Shown here piece after piece: positions 32,710 to 42,227 of a stretch of DNA of 64,000 bases (within the stretch, counting starts at the first letter, position 1; the number at the start of each line of letters is the position of its first letter). The position numbers and the translations under genes were made by a program. The stretch lies in assembly GCA_963675595.2 (NCBI GenBank), contig CAXXLZ010000001.1, forward strand, positions 1,504,001 through 1,568,000, in the 5' to 3' direction. The notes under the pieces were generated by a model. That model made no database searches and was not told where the DNA came from. It saw nothing but the letters and a program-made list of their open reading frames with translations. Source of the stretch: Thermodesulfobacteriota bacterium (lineage in GTDB: Bacteria > Desulfobacterota > Desulfarculia > JACQYL01).

Positions 32710-34086
32710 TCACGCGACGGGCAACGCGATGCGCACCTGCAACCCGCCGTCCGGTGCGTTGGAGCAGCGGATGGTTCCCTTGTGACGATGCACGGCGTCG
32801 TGAGCGATGGCCAGCCCCAGTCCGGTGCCCCCGGACCTCCGATCCCTGGAATCATCCACTCGAAAGAACGGCTTGAACAGATCGTCGAGGAGCTCTTCCG
32901 GTACGCCGGGCCCGTGGTCGCGGACCCGGATCACGGCCCACGGGAGGCCGTCTTGTTGGGTGGTCTCCAAAGATACCGACACGTCGGTGTGAGCCGGAGA
33001 ATGATGCACCGCGTTCCTCACCACGTTTTCCACGGCACTGAACAGCAGTTCCTCATCTCCCGCCACCTTCACGCCCTCTTCACCGGCGCATTGAATTTCA
33101 CACTCCTTATGCCGGGCTTCCAAAGCGTTCGTTTCGCAGACGCGCCTCAGGAGCGCGGACAGGTCCACCTCCGTCCCTTTTGACAGAGGCGATTCGCCCT
33201 CCAGGCGCACCAGCGTGATGAGCCTCGACGTCAATGAGTGCATGCGTTCGCTTTCCTTCCTGATCTGTTGGACATAGCGCGCATTGTCCTGGGATGGATT
33301 GTCTTCAATCAGGTCGAGGGCGATTCCCAAGCGCGCCAACGGCGAACGCAGTTCGTGGGAGATGTCTCTCAGAAGCCGGGTCTGGGCGGCCATCAAAGCC
33401 TGAATCCGATCCGCCATGCGGTCGAAGTCATCCCCCATGGCGGCGATCTCGTCTTTGCGATTCCCGAGTTCTCCTTTTGAGCGGACCGAAAAGTCGCCCC
33501 GTGCGAACCGATTGATGGTTTTCCGCAGTTTCACAATGGGTTGCGTGATGTGCCTGGCCGCAACAAGCGACAGCACACAGGTGATCAGGGCCGCCAGTGC
33601 GGCTTTTCCCAGAAATGAGGCCCGATCCCGTGAAAAGGCGTTTTCCAGAATCCCGCGCGGAGACCGTCGGACGATGACGTACTTTTTCCCGGATGCATCC
33701 GTCAGAGGCAGGGCCACGACGAATTCACCGATACCGTGATCCATCACCAGGCGCGCGCTTTGAAACGCTCTTTCCACCGGCTCCATCACCTCGGGAGGCA
33801 ACGGGCTTCCGGCCGGCTCCCCCTGCGGATCCACCACGAAGTACCATTCCGACACGGATGATGCCCTCAACCGTTCCAGGTACGCGTTCAAGGCCTTTGG
33901 ACCGTTGGTCTCGTATTCGTAGAGCGCTTCCCTGCCCGGAAGCAGCAGGTTTTCCGACAAAGCGCCACGCAGGGCGGAAAACACCGGTCCCGACCGGGCA
34001 TAGAGGGTCAGTACTGTGGTGCAGGTGGAAAACAGGATGAAGGTGAGCCAGAACCAGAGGAATACCTTAAGAAACAGGCTTCTCAT
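32710..34086 (-). CDS. CpxA-like sensor histidine kinase (TM, HAMP, HisKA, HATPase)
   Basis: MRSLFLKVFLWFW, DISHELRSPLARL, ENVVRNA, DHGPG, FFRVD, GGTGLGL. Confidence 0.93.
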   Translation of the reverse strand: MRSLFLKVFLWFWLTFILFSTCTTVLTLYARSGPVFSALRGALSENLLLPGREALYEYETNGPKALNAYLERLRASSVSEWYFVVDPQGEPAGSPLPPEVMEPVERAFQSARLVMDHGIGEFVVALPLTDASGKKYVIVRRSPRGILENAFSRDRASFLGKAALAALITCVLSLVAARHITQPIVKLRKTINRFARGDFSVRSKGELGNRKDEIAAMGDDFDRMADRIQALMAAQTRLLRDISHELRSPLARLGIALDLIEDNPSQDNARYVQQIRKESERMHSLTSRLITLVRLEGESPLSKGTEVDLSALLRRVCETNALEARHKECEIQCAGEEGVKVAGDEELLFSAVENVVRNAVHHSPAHTDVSVSLETTQQDGLPWAVIRVRDHGPGVPEELLDDLFKPFFRVDDSRDRRSGGTGLGLAIAHDAVHRHKGTIRCSNAPDGGLQVRIALPVA

Positions 34087-34792
34087 GGCCGGGTTCCGAC
34101 GTTTGGGAAGGCAGTGCCAGAATATAGCCGTCTCCCCGAACGGCCTGAATGGGGGACGTCTTGTCGTTTTCTCCCCATAGTTTCTTCCTCAGGCTGGATA
34201 CATGAACATCCAGGCTTCTGTCATACGGAGCGTGAGCGCGTTTCAGCACCAGCTTGGACAGCCGTTCGCGACTGATGACCCGACCGGCCTCCCGGAGAAG
34301 GGTTTGCAGCAGCCGAAACTCCGTAGCCGTGAGCCGGACCTCGGTTCCCTCACGGGTCACCGTCCGCGTGTGCCGATCCAGCGTGATCTCCCCCACCGAC
34401 AGTGTGGACGGCGGAGGCAGGACCGGGGGGGCCGCACAACGTCTCAGGAGAGCGCGGATACGAGCGATCAATTCACGGGTGTGAAAAGGCTTGGCCAAGT
34501 AATCGTCCGCGCCCATTTCCAGACCCACGATTCTATCCACCGCGTCTCCCCGCGCGGTCAACATGATCACCGGAATCCGGGATTGGAGCCTGATTTCCCG
34601 GAGCACGTCGAACCCGTTGGTCTCAGGGAGCATCACGTCCAGTACGAGCAGGTCGTAAGCCCCGCTCAGGGCGTCGCGTATTCCCTCCCCGCCCGTGTGC
34701 ACGAAATCGTACTCAAACCCTTCCTTTCGGAGATAATCGCCCAGGAGTCCGCACAGTTCCGTATCGTCGTCTACGACCAGTATTCTTTCCAT
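34067..34792 (-). CDS. CpxR/OmpR-family response regulator (start reassigned to ATG 34792)
   Basis: ILVVDDD, LDVMLP, LTARG, GADDYLAKPF, DRSLDVHVSSLRKK, VRGDGY. Confidence 0.93.
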   Translation of the reverse strand: MERILVVDDDTELCGLLGDYLRKEGFEYDFVHTGGEGIRDALSGAYDLLVLDVMLPETNGFDVLREIRLQSRIPVIMLTARGDAVDRIVGLEMGADDYLAKPFHTRELIARIRALLRRCAAPPVLPPPSTLSVGEITLDRHTRTVTREGTEVRLTATEFRLLQTLLREAGRVISRERLSKLVLKRAHAPYDRSLDVHVSSLRKKLWGENDKTSPIQAVRGDGYILALPSQTSEPGHEKPVS

Positions 34793-34811
34793 GGCCCTCA
34801 ATACGTCTTGC

Positions 34812-34943
34812 GGCCGGCGGAGAAGGCCGATCACAGGCTGATTGAACGCGATCATCTAAGGACACGCCGTTGGGGCACAACCAGGCGCGCGTGGAGCATG
34901 GCACACCAACGTAGCGCCGCGCATCGCGTTTTTCAACATCCTG
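34812..34943 (+). mobile_element. Degenerate MITE, family A
   Basis: CAGGCTGATTGAACGCG...CGCGTTTTTCAACATCCTG ends and a similar upstream partial end. Interior diverged. Confidence 0.55.
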
Positions 34944-35245
34944 TTGGACCATTACCGATTCAGGACGCTTTGACACGCCCGGCAAGAACCGGGCAAAGCT
35001 GCGAGCGGCCCTTCTCCTTGGAGGAAAGAAATACCTATCGTTTTGAATCACCGGGCCTGATTTCCATCGGGTCGTATGATTTCATGATGGTTGGGGGCGC
35101 TTTTGAAAAAGCTTCCGGTATAGTGGGTTATGCAATTAACCTCTCATGCTGTATCACACAAACCCCGCTGTTGTTGTTTCGTTAATGCTCTTGGAAACCC
35201 GATTCGATTCCACCCGTGTTGAGTCTTTTATGCCGGTTCTGCCTC

Positions 35246-35400
35246 AGCCGGCCCCCGGAAAAGACCGATTGCCGCAGGCTGCCGAAAAACGATGAGATGC
35301 AAGGCGCGCGAATCCCGAGGAACGAGACGTACTCAGAGTACGTCGCAGTGACGAGGGGTGAAGCGCAACGCCGCAGATCGCGTTTTCCGGCAGCCTGCGG
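35246..35400 (+). mobile_element. MITE, family A
   Basis: 20-bp IR CCGCAGGCTGCCGAAAAACG / CGTTTTCCGGCAGCCTGCGG with 1 mismatch (35272-35400). Interior shared with the copies at 18516 and 59188. Confidence 0.82.
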
Positions 35401-35401
35401 T

Positions 35402-38400
35402 TCAGCGCAATTCCACCGTCAGCACGGGCCTATGCTGCGGAGTCGCGCTTTCCCGTGATCCGTACCACGTTGCGGAGTAGTAGGTGTCCGAAGGCATCAC
35501 GACGGCCAGTCCGTAGTTGGGCAAATCGCCCGACAACCAGGCCCGCACCGCCTCGGTCACGTCAAAGATCACTTCACCCTCGGCCGTGGGCCGGACGTCC
35601 ACCAGTCCGTCGGTTCCCATACCGAAATCCCGGTCCGGGACCAGGTCTCCGCCCGGAACGGACCAGGGCGTCACACCGTCCGAAGTGTTCCAGGAGGCGC
35701 CGTCCACGGTGTTGCCGTAGGTCCCGGTGCCCTCCTCCCAAGGCGCGGCCAGGGCATAAACCGCGTTGTCCTTGCCGTCACTGCGAGTGCAAAACATGCG
35801 CAGTTCGGCTCTCCCCACGTCCGCGCCCGACGGCAGATCGTCGAGATCGAAAACCACGAGGGCCCGGTAGGCCGGGGAAAGGCCGTTGTAGGCGATGAGG
35901 TCGCCGGAAGCGCCGTAATTCCCGTTGGGAGCGGGCGTCGCAATGGTCGCGTCCGCGGCCGCGGACAGCTCAACGGTCCGAGATGTGTCGGACTCCAGAG
36001 TCACCGTCACATCGTCGAAAAGGGCTTCCTCCGATACGCGCCCGGATAAGGTTCGCACGGACTTCAAGAAAATCCGCAAGCGTACGGTGCCCGCGGGAAC
36101 GGGGTACGTGGCGGATCGCAGTTCCCACTGGTCTCCCTGCACCGGCGTTGTGGTCATGTAGGTATTGATCCTCTTGGGGTCGTCTTCCGTTCCCATCAGG
36201 TACCCGTACAGGTAAGGAGAACCGTCGCCGGATTCCGCCGCGGCCGACCGCATGCGGGCGCTCAGGGTGACGTTGACGCCGCCCGACGAAAAGGCGCTGA
36301 GATCGATGTCCTGGAAAACATGCCCGGCGCTCAGGGCGAATAGGGGGTTGTCGTCTTCCCACGTGACACGAATCTCGCCGAAACGGGTATCCCAGTGATT
36401 CAGACCGTCGTCGGCTTGTCCGTTGAGCACCAGGTTGTCCACCGGGGGCTCGGGGTCTTCGCCGCCACTCCCATCGTCTCCCCCATCGTCTCCGCCGTCG
36501 TCTCCGCCGTCATCTCCACCGTCATCCCCGCCTCCATCGTCACCTCCGGAGCCGTCGTCGTCTTCCCCGGCCAACGCCAGGTATTGATGGCCGAACACGG
36601 CGTGGTTCACCGCTTCCTTCACCGTGGAATAGACCAGAGGCGACCCGAAGTAGAACGGATTGTTCACACCCGTGGCGAACAGACGCGCCGCCTCTTCCAG
36701 GAAACGCTCCTCGCCGCTGAACCGATAGGCATAGGCCATGGTATCGGCCACCGTCAGCATCCAGTTGTTGACCATGTCGGCGGTCTGAGCGTTGTCTCCG
36801 TCGACCTGATAGTGGTAGTACGTGGTTCGCCGACCCTCGTAGTCGAACAGCGCGTTGTCCGCCATCCAGGTCGCATAGCGGACCAGCATGGTTTCGCACG
36901 TTTCCGCGTCCTCGACGCGGCCGGCGCTTCGACATTCATCGGCGAACCGACCCACGGCCGTGAGATACATGCAAAGCATCCACGGGGCCACATACCCTTC
37001 TTGCTCGATGGGACCGTTGATGTACGGCTGCAGCTCCGGATCGTAAAACCGGATGATCTCCATGGCCAGGTCGGCGTACTTGTCGTCCCCGGACAGAGCG
37101 AAGGCCTCGGTCAGCATGGTGATCACGTTGCCCATGGGTCGTTCGCCGGAGCCCATCAGATAGTCGCCCTCCCGACGGTCCAGATAGAAATTATAGGCAT
37201 ACTCGCCCGCTTTCTTCACAAACCGCAGACTCACGGGATCGCCGGTCAGGTAATAGTGCAGCGCGGCCCCGCGCGCGCCGTAGGCCGTGTCCGCCACAGG
37301 CCCCAGGTAATTGCGCACGCCGTTCCAGTTACCCGATTCATTGTGCTGCGAATGACCAAACAGGGCGTCCTTCCAACGATAAATGTCCCAGCCGGTTTCC
37401 GTGATCACGTCGTGGAGCATGATCTGCTCCGCGTGGCGTGAAAAGGCCAGGGCCATGTCCGACCATCGCGGGTCCCTCGTGCGGAGAAACTGAACCCAAG
37501 CGCCCCAGGTCAGGTCGTACTTGCCGTTGAAAAACCCGGCCTTGCCGCCGTCGAACATCTCGAAATCCAACGGCTGGTTCCCGTACTGGTTGTAGCCGTA
37601 GAAGTCGAAGTATTCCAAGGCGGAAGGAGCGGACGAATCGCTCACCCACAGACTGTGAAATTCATAATAATACAAGGCGGTTTGAGCCGGATCGGGAAGC
37701 AACGTGCGATCATTGAAATACTCGTATTTGCCCGCGTCATTCAGCGTGTCCGCCCCACCCAATCGGTCCTCCAGGTCGGTTTTCGGTACGCTGAAAGCCG
37801 GCAAGGCCCCGGATTCGGCGAACCATTCGGGCGGCGCCCAGGCGTACAGCGGTTCCAGGCCCGGGTCTCCCGCCGCGTCCGTGGGAGCGAAGTCCAACAC
37901 CACCTCGCTCGTAATCTCTTCCCCCACCCTGAAGTTGTAGGGAGCCGCATAACGCGCGGGGAACAGGTCCACGTCGACCCGGCCGTCGTCCGCGGCCCGC
38001 AGGCCCTTGGGATAGGTTTGCCAGAAATCGCGAATACCCACGCTCAGAGCGGTATCCCCGGTTTGGAGCGCCATCCACCCGGCATAACGGGAGCCGGACC
38101 CCACGGCCTCGTCCTCGTCGTAGACGCGGTACCCGTCAAACACGGAATAGCTGTTGGGACGAGGATGCTCCTCCTCCCCGTAACGATCCCAATAGGCGCC
38201 GCCGGAGGAATCCTGGTACACCTCCACTCCTTGCCCCTGAACCTCCCGCCCGTCCGCCAGGCGCACCGTCATGGATTCACCGGTTTGCGCCAGGTTGATG
38301 CGCCAACTCAGCCCTTCCACATTCACGCTGTTCCCGCCCTGATAATCGAACACGTCGTAACCGGTGCCGGTGGGACGCACCAGAGCCTCCCGATGGTTCC

Positions 38401-39286
38401 CCAAAGTGATGAGGGCCCGCACACGGCCGCTTCCCGCAACAAAGTACAGCACCGCGCCATAGTCCAACAAACCGGTGCCCTCCGTGTCCCGGAGCGTCCC
38501 GGAAACCCGCACGGACGCCAGGCACGGACCCTGTTCCTGAACTTCCACGGCCTCCGGCGCGGACCCATACGAAGTGTACGCGCGGCCTTCATCATCCGAG
38601 GCCGTCAGTCCGTTCAACACCGAGTCTGTAAGCGTTTCCCCGTCCGAGGTGACGGTCTGCAGGAGGCTGCCGGCCGTGCGGTTCACCACGAAACGCACCG
38701 CACCCGTATCGATTTCCACCCGATCCTCCAGTTCCGTGACCGTCACCGACGACGCTGGAATCGCGGGTTCCCCTTGCGTCAGAGAGAACGCCTGCTCAGC
38801 CTCAGCCGGAATGGAACCGATGAACCGCGCCAACAACCACTTGATGGGAGCATCGGATGGGTCCGGCCCTCCCCGCCAACGAGCCTCCACGGAAAACTGC
38901 ACCGGCACCGGATTTCCTTCTTCGTCCACCATGGACAAATTGGCCGTGTTCAGCAGGTTCAACGATTGAGGGATGGGCACCCCCACGGTGATCAGTTCAT
39001 GGCTTCGTTCCACCGCCGACGGATTGGACACGGTTAGCGGCACGGACAACGCCGCCTCACCGGAAGAAACATTGAGCAAAGAAATGACCAATGAAAGGGC
39101 TAACACAGGGAAAGATGACCGGATACAGCGGGAAATTCGGGAAAACCTTTTGAAAAAGGTTTTCCCGAACCCTTTCCCAAACTTTCTGAGTGGGTTGCTC
39201 TCTCCGGACAAGTTGCCGCGTTTGTAGACCGGGGAGAGCGCCGTTCCCCCGGAATCCCTGTAGATAGGTGTGAAAGATCCAGTCAT
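35402..39286 (-). CDS. Large exported protein: YetA/PL26(RGLX)-like N-terminal beta domains and helical toroid, Gly/Asp linker, CBM-like domain, C-terminal DNRLRE/CBM96-like domain
   Basis: Signal h-region ending GEA-A. VGVPIP...W...IKWLL, IDTGAVRF, VGIRDFWQTYPKGL. C-terminal DATI...NYG...RALVVFDL...FDVTEAVRAW...NYGL...SRE...RPVLTV. Confidence 0.68.
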   Translation of the reverse strand: MTGSFTPIYRDSGGTALSPVYKRGNLSGESNPLRKFGKGFGKTFFKRFSRISRCIRSSFPVLALSLVISLLNVSSGEAALSVPLTVSNPSAVERSHELITVGVPIPQSLNLLNTANLSMVDEEGNPVPVQFSVEARWRGGPDPSDAPIKWLLARFIGSIPAEAEQAFSLTQGEPAIPASSVTVTELEDRVEIDTGAVRFVVNRTAGSLLQTVTSDGETLTDSVLNGLTASDDEGRAYTSYGSAPEAVEVQEQGPCLASVRVSGTLRDTEGTGLLDYGAVLYFVAGSGRVRALITLGNHREALVRPTGTGYDVFDYQGGNSVNVEGLSWRINLAQTGESMTVRLADGREVQGQGVEVYQDSSGGAYWDRYGEEEHPRPNSYSVFDGYRVYDEDEAVGSGSRYAGWMALQTGDTALSVGIRDFWQTYPKGLRAADDGRVDVDLFPARYAAPYNFRVGEEITSEVVLDFAPTDAAGDPGLEPLYAWAPPEWFAESGALPAFSVPKTDLEDRLGGADTLNDAGKYEYFNDRTLLPDPAQTALYYYEFHSLWVSDSSAPSALEYFDFYGYNQYGNQPLDFEMFDGGKAGFFNGKYDLTWGAWVQFLRTRDPRWSDMALAFSRHAEQIMLHDVITETGWDIYRWKDALFGHSQHNESGNWNGVRNYLGPVADTAYGARGAALHYYLTGDPVSLRFVKKAGEYAYNFYLDRREGDYLMGSGERPMGNVITMLTEAFALSGDDKYADLAMEIIRFYDPELQPYINGPIEQEGYVAPWMLCMYLTAVGRFADECRSAGRVEDAETCETMLVRYATWMADNALFDYEGRRTTYYHYQVDGDNAQTADMVNNWMLTVADTMAYAYRFSGEERFLEEAARLFATGVNNPFYFGSPLVYSTVKEAVNHAVFGHQYLALAGEDDDGSGGDDGGGDDGGDDGGDDGGDDGGDDGSGGEDPEPPVDNLVLNGQADDGLNHWDTRFGEIRVTWEDDNPLFALSAGHVFQDIDLSAFSSGGVNVTLSARMRSAAAESGDGSPYLYGYLMGTEDDPKRINTYMTTTPVQGDQWELRSATYPVPAGTVRLRIFLKSVRTLSGRVSEEALFDDVTVTLESDTSRTVELSAAADATIATPAPNGNYGASGDLIAYNGLSPAYRALVVFDLDDLPSGADVGRAELRMFCTRSDGKDNAVYALAAPWEEGTGTYGNTVDGASWNTSDGVTPWSVPGGDLVPDRDFGMGTDGLVDVRPTAEGEVIFDVTEAVRAWLSGDLPNYGLAVVMPSDTYYSATWYGSRESATPQHRPVLTVELR
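36470..36566 (-). repeat. 12-bp tandem repeats encoding a (GGDD)n linker
   Basis: Translation GEDDDGSGGDDGGGDDGGDDGGDDGGDDGSGG. Confidence 0.85.
39136..39200 (-). repeat. Hairpin repeat, subfamily C, lying in frame in the 5' part of the large exported-protein ORF
   Basis: Reverse complement GAGCAACCCACTCAGAAAGTTTGGGAAAGGGTTCGGGAAAACCTTTTTCAAAAGGTTTTCCCGAA translates as SNPLRKFGKGFGKTFFKRFSR. Confidence 0.8.
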
Positions 39287-39489
39287 GATTCATCCCCCCT
39301 GTGAAAAAGGTCCATGGATATGCCCACGGGCGTCCGAGCACATCACCGCCTGTTGTGCGTGATAGGGCTGAATCATATCGGGCTTGCGGGAAATTCCGGA
39401 GTTAAGTCTCGGGCAAGAACCGTAAAGATAGGTAAAGATTCGGGGTAGGAATTCACTTTGGGCGGGGGAAGACGAGCTTGGGACGCAAA

Positions 39490-39575
39490 GCCGCTCCGCC
39501 GCAGGCGGTGCGGACGCGCTCCGGAGTTTTGCGGGGGGTCCGGGGGGCGCTTTTTCCAAAAGCGCCCCCCGGTAT
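39490..39575 (+). repeat. Hairpin repeat, subfamily B
   Basis: Closely similar to 32578-32662, with a covarying stem GGGGGGCGC / GCGCCCCCC. Confidence 0.85.
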
Positions 39576-39602
39576 GATTGATTCATCCAGTTATTAGTCC
39601 GT

Positions 39603-40955
39603 TCAGAGGAGCCACACCGGTACCTGCTCCCGACTGAACACATCCTGGATGGTTTCCCGGCGTCGGATCAGGGCATGCCGTTCCCCATTCACCAGCACGG
39701 AGGCTGATCGCGGCATGGCGTTGGCCTGATTGGCAAAGGCCTCGTTGTACGCTCCCATGCTCAAAAACGCGATGCAGTCTCCCCGCTCAATGGGCGGCAT
39801 GAGCCGCTCCTTGGCCAGGATGTCCGCCGCGTTGCACAGGGGTCCGCAGATATCCACGGTTTGCGTGCCTTCAGCATCGGCCCGGTGCGCGATCACCGCG
39901 GGATGGTAGCCGGAAAACGGGTCGAAGGGGTCCCCCATTTCGTTGATGCTGCCGTCCACGTATACCCATTGCTTGGTGGTGAGCTTCCGGTCCCGCTTGA
40001 TGTTGCCGGCGCGGGTCACGTACACGGCGGCGTCCTCCCAGCACCACCGGCCCGGCTCCAGAACCAGGCGGGGCAAGGTCACGCCCAGGTCCTCGCAAGC
40101 CGCTCGCACGGTGGACGTGATCCCTTGGGCGTGCCGTTCCAAGGGGAAGGGGTTCTCGACGCCCACGCGGGTCTTGGGAAACCCGCCGCCCAGGTTGAGT
40201 GTCCGTGGAAACCACCCGAAACGGTTCTTCACTTCCCCGAGATACCGCATCAGTTCCTGCGTCTCTTCCAGGGAATACCCGGCTCGGCGCGGAATCCCGC
40301 CATGATAATGCACGCCCGACAGATCGATGTTCGGGGCATGTAGACCTCGTTCCACGGCCCGCAGGAACAGGTCCGGCTCCATGCCGAACTTGAACTCCCG
40401 TTCCCATTGAGACACGTCAATGCCCGGCGGCCGGTAGCGCGGATCCACAAACATTTTCCCTTGCAGGGCTTCCAGGGGCAGACGAACACGCAGACTCACG
40501 CGGGCCGTCTTCTTTTCCGCCTCGGCGAATTCCAGGACCCGCTCCAGCTCTTCAAAGTCGTCCACGTTGATCTGGGCGCCTGTATGGAGTGCGGCCGAAA
40601 GCACTTCGTCGGACTTGTTGGTGCCGTTCATCACGATGCGGTCCGCCGGAGTTCCGGCCATGAGGGCCACGTACAGCTCCCCCATGCCGAAGGCGTCCCC
40701 TCCCCCGCCCTCCGCCGTGATGACCTTGCGCAGAGCCAAGCTGGTATTGGCCTTCATACCCACGCACACCAGGAGTTCCCCGGGATAGCGGCTCTTGAAG
40801 GTATGATGGAAGGTCCGGTAGTTGTTCCGAACGGCGTTTTCCGAAGTGACGAACAACGGGGTCCCATATCGCTCCGCCAGGTCCGTCACCCGCTGTTCTT
40901 CGATCCACAGTTCCCCGCCTTTTTCGTAGATGTATTCGCCGTGCAGGTCTCGCAT
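39603..40955 (-). CDS. Fold-type III PLP-dependent decarboxylase (diaminopimelate decarboxylase-like, divergent)
   Basis: YGTPLFV, MKAN (PLP Lys), INVDD, KFG, LNLGGG, LEPGR, GPLC, GAY. RBS GGGGGAG before ATG 40955. Confidence 0.82.
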   Translation of the reverse strand: MRDLHGEYIYEKGGELWIEEQRVTDLAERYGTPLFVTSENAVRNNYRTFHHTFKSRYPGELLVCVGMKANTSLALRKVITAEGGGGDAFGMGELYVALMAGTPADRIVMNGTNKSDEVLSAALHTGAQINVDDFEELERVLEFAEAEKKTARVSLRVRLPLEALQGKMFVDPRYRPPGIDVSQWEREFKFGMEPDLFLRAVERGLHAPNIDLSGVHYHGGIPRRAGYSLEETQELMRYLGEVKNRFGWFPRTLNLGGGFPKTRVGVENPFPLERHAQGITSTVRAACEDLGVTLPRLVLEPGRWCWEDAAVYVTRAGNIKRDRKLTTKQWVYVDGSINEMGDPFDPFSGYHPAVIAHRADAEGTQTVDICGPLCNAADILAKERLMPPIERGDCIAFLSMGAYNEAFANQANAMPRSASVLVNGERHALIRRRETIQDVFSREQVPVWLL

Positions 40956-41030
40956 GGACTCCCCCGCTCTGTTGGAATGGATCGGTTGGTGGTTGCGGGC
41001 ACTTGTCCCGTACTGATTCATCAGGATCAC

Positions 41031-41259
41031 CGGGGGAACGAGGTTCCCCCGGACCCCCTCGTGCGGGCTTCGTCCCTAAAGGAACGCAGCCGGCGCTGAA
41101 AAACACGGATTTACGGGGGAGCTTCTGAAAAAGTTCCCCTACGGTCCCCCCCTGAAATGGTTCAAGCAGGCCTCATCCCGGTTGCGAAGCGAAAGCGAGC
41201 AACCCGCTTAAAAAGTTTGGGAAGGGTTGCAGGGAAACCTTTTCCAAAAGGTTTCCCTG
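41031..41259 (+). repeat. Composite hairpin repeat cluster (GGGGGAAC..GTTCCCCC, an inverted B/C-like hairpin at 41116-41152, and a subfamily C copy at 41179-41259)
   Basis: Similar to 3449-3645 and 39136-39258. Confidence 0.72.
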
Positions 41260-41822
41260 TCTTCTTCTATGAGATATTCCCTGCTTGCCTCTGAAGCGTG
41301 CACATACGCCGCGTCGGACGGTGCCTGCCGGGTCGGGGGTTCCGGTTTTCCGAGAAAGAGGGACACCACGGCCAGGATCGTGCCCAGGAAGAACAGGGCC
41401 CCGCCTACGGACAGGAGGCGGTGTTTGCATTTGGCCGATTTTCGGTAGAATTCCTCGATGGTGAGGGGGTCCTTTTTGTTCTTGCGGGGAGTCAGCCTAC
41501 GGGGGCAATCCTCCAGTACGTTGTAGCGGCGGGGAAACAGGGCCAGGAAGGTGAGCACGGCCGCGACCAACCAGCAAAGGAACACCACGAACAAACAGGA
41601 GGGGCAGAGCACCGCGTCCTTGCCGGCCGCCAGGGTCAGGGCCGCGGCGTAAAGGCCGGGGACGCCCAGTTCCAGTTTGAGCATCTCCCGAGCCGTGTCG
41701 TCCAGGCGTTGGACCTGGCGGACCGTTTCCTCGCGAAACGCGGCCACCAGGAATTCATCGCCGGGTGTGGGCGGTACGGTCCGGACAACGTCCGGGTCCC
41801 TGTGATTCCGTGGTTCCGTCAT
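41208..41822 (-). CDS. Three-TM membrane protein, candidate effector of the CHAT-STAND-TPR operon
   Basis: RLDDTAREMLKLELGVPGLYAAALTLA / LFVVFLCWLVAAVLTFLALFPRRY / KHRLLSVGGALFFLGTILAVV. The last codons come from the repeat. Confidence 0.72.
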   Translation of the reverse strand: MTEPRNHRDPDVVRTVPPTPGDEFLVAAFREETVRQVQRLDDTAREMLKLELGVPGLYAAALTLAAGKDAVLCPSCLFVVFLCWLVAAVLTFLALFPRRYNVLEDCPRRLTPRKNKKDPLTIEEFYRKSAKCKHRLLSVGGALFFLGTILAVVSLFLGKPEPPTRQAPSDAAYVHASEASREYLIEEDRETFWKRFPCNPSQTF

Positions 41823-41921
41823 GAAAATGAAGGGCCTTGAGGGTGATAGGGTTTAAGGGCCGGTCGGGGTAAACCCGCCGGGCTCGGTGAGGCGATGCCT
41901 CCGTTCCCGAACCGGTGTGCT

Positions 41922-42209
41922 TCACTCTTTCTCCTGAGGCCGGGAGCCAAACACCCGACCGGCCAAAGCGTCCACCGGCAGGTCGTGCAGCGGAGGGAGA
42001 ACCGTCGTGCCGCCCTGATTGATGTCGAGGTACACGTCCACCCTCGCCACCTGATCCGCCGACAGTTCCACGGCGCAATTCGCCCTGCAATAGGGGCAGT
42101 CAACCAACTTGATCACTCGGTTCGACTCATCCACGTCTTGCTCCCAAATACGGAGGTGAAACGTGTGCTCGCACTTCCAACATTGTACCTTCATGGTGGG
42201 GTTGGCCAT
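41922..42209 (-). CDS. Small zinc-ribbon protein (CxxC...CxxC)
   Basis: VQCWKCEHTF...VDCPYCRAN. RBS GGAG. Starts 18 bp after the CHAT gene stop. Confidence 0.78.
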   Translation of the reverse strand: MANPTMKVQCWKCEHTFHLRIWEQDVDESNRVIKLVDCPYCRANCAVELSADQVARVDVYLDINQGGTTVLPPLHDLPVDALAGRVFGSRPQEKE

Positions 42210-42227
42210 GGTGTTCTCCAGCGTTGT

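Noticed and set aside
39480-39492. GGGACGCAAAGCC resembling the c-di-GMP-I riboswitch core
   Set aside because: No upstream GGCAAA-stem-GNRA element. It runs into a hairpin repeat and points away from the neighbouring genes.
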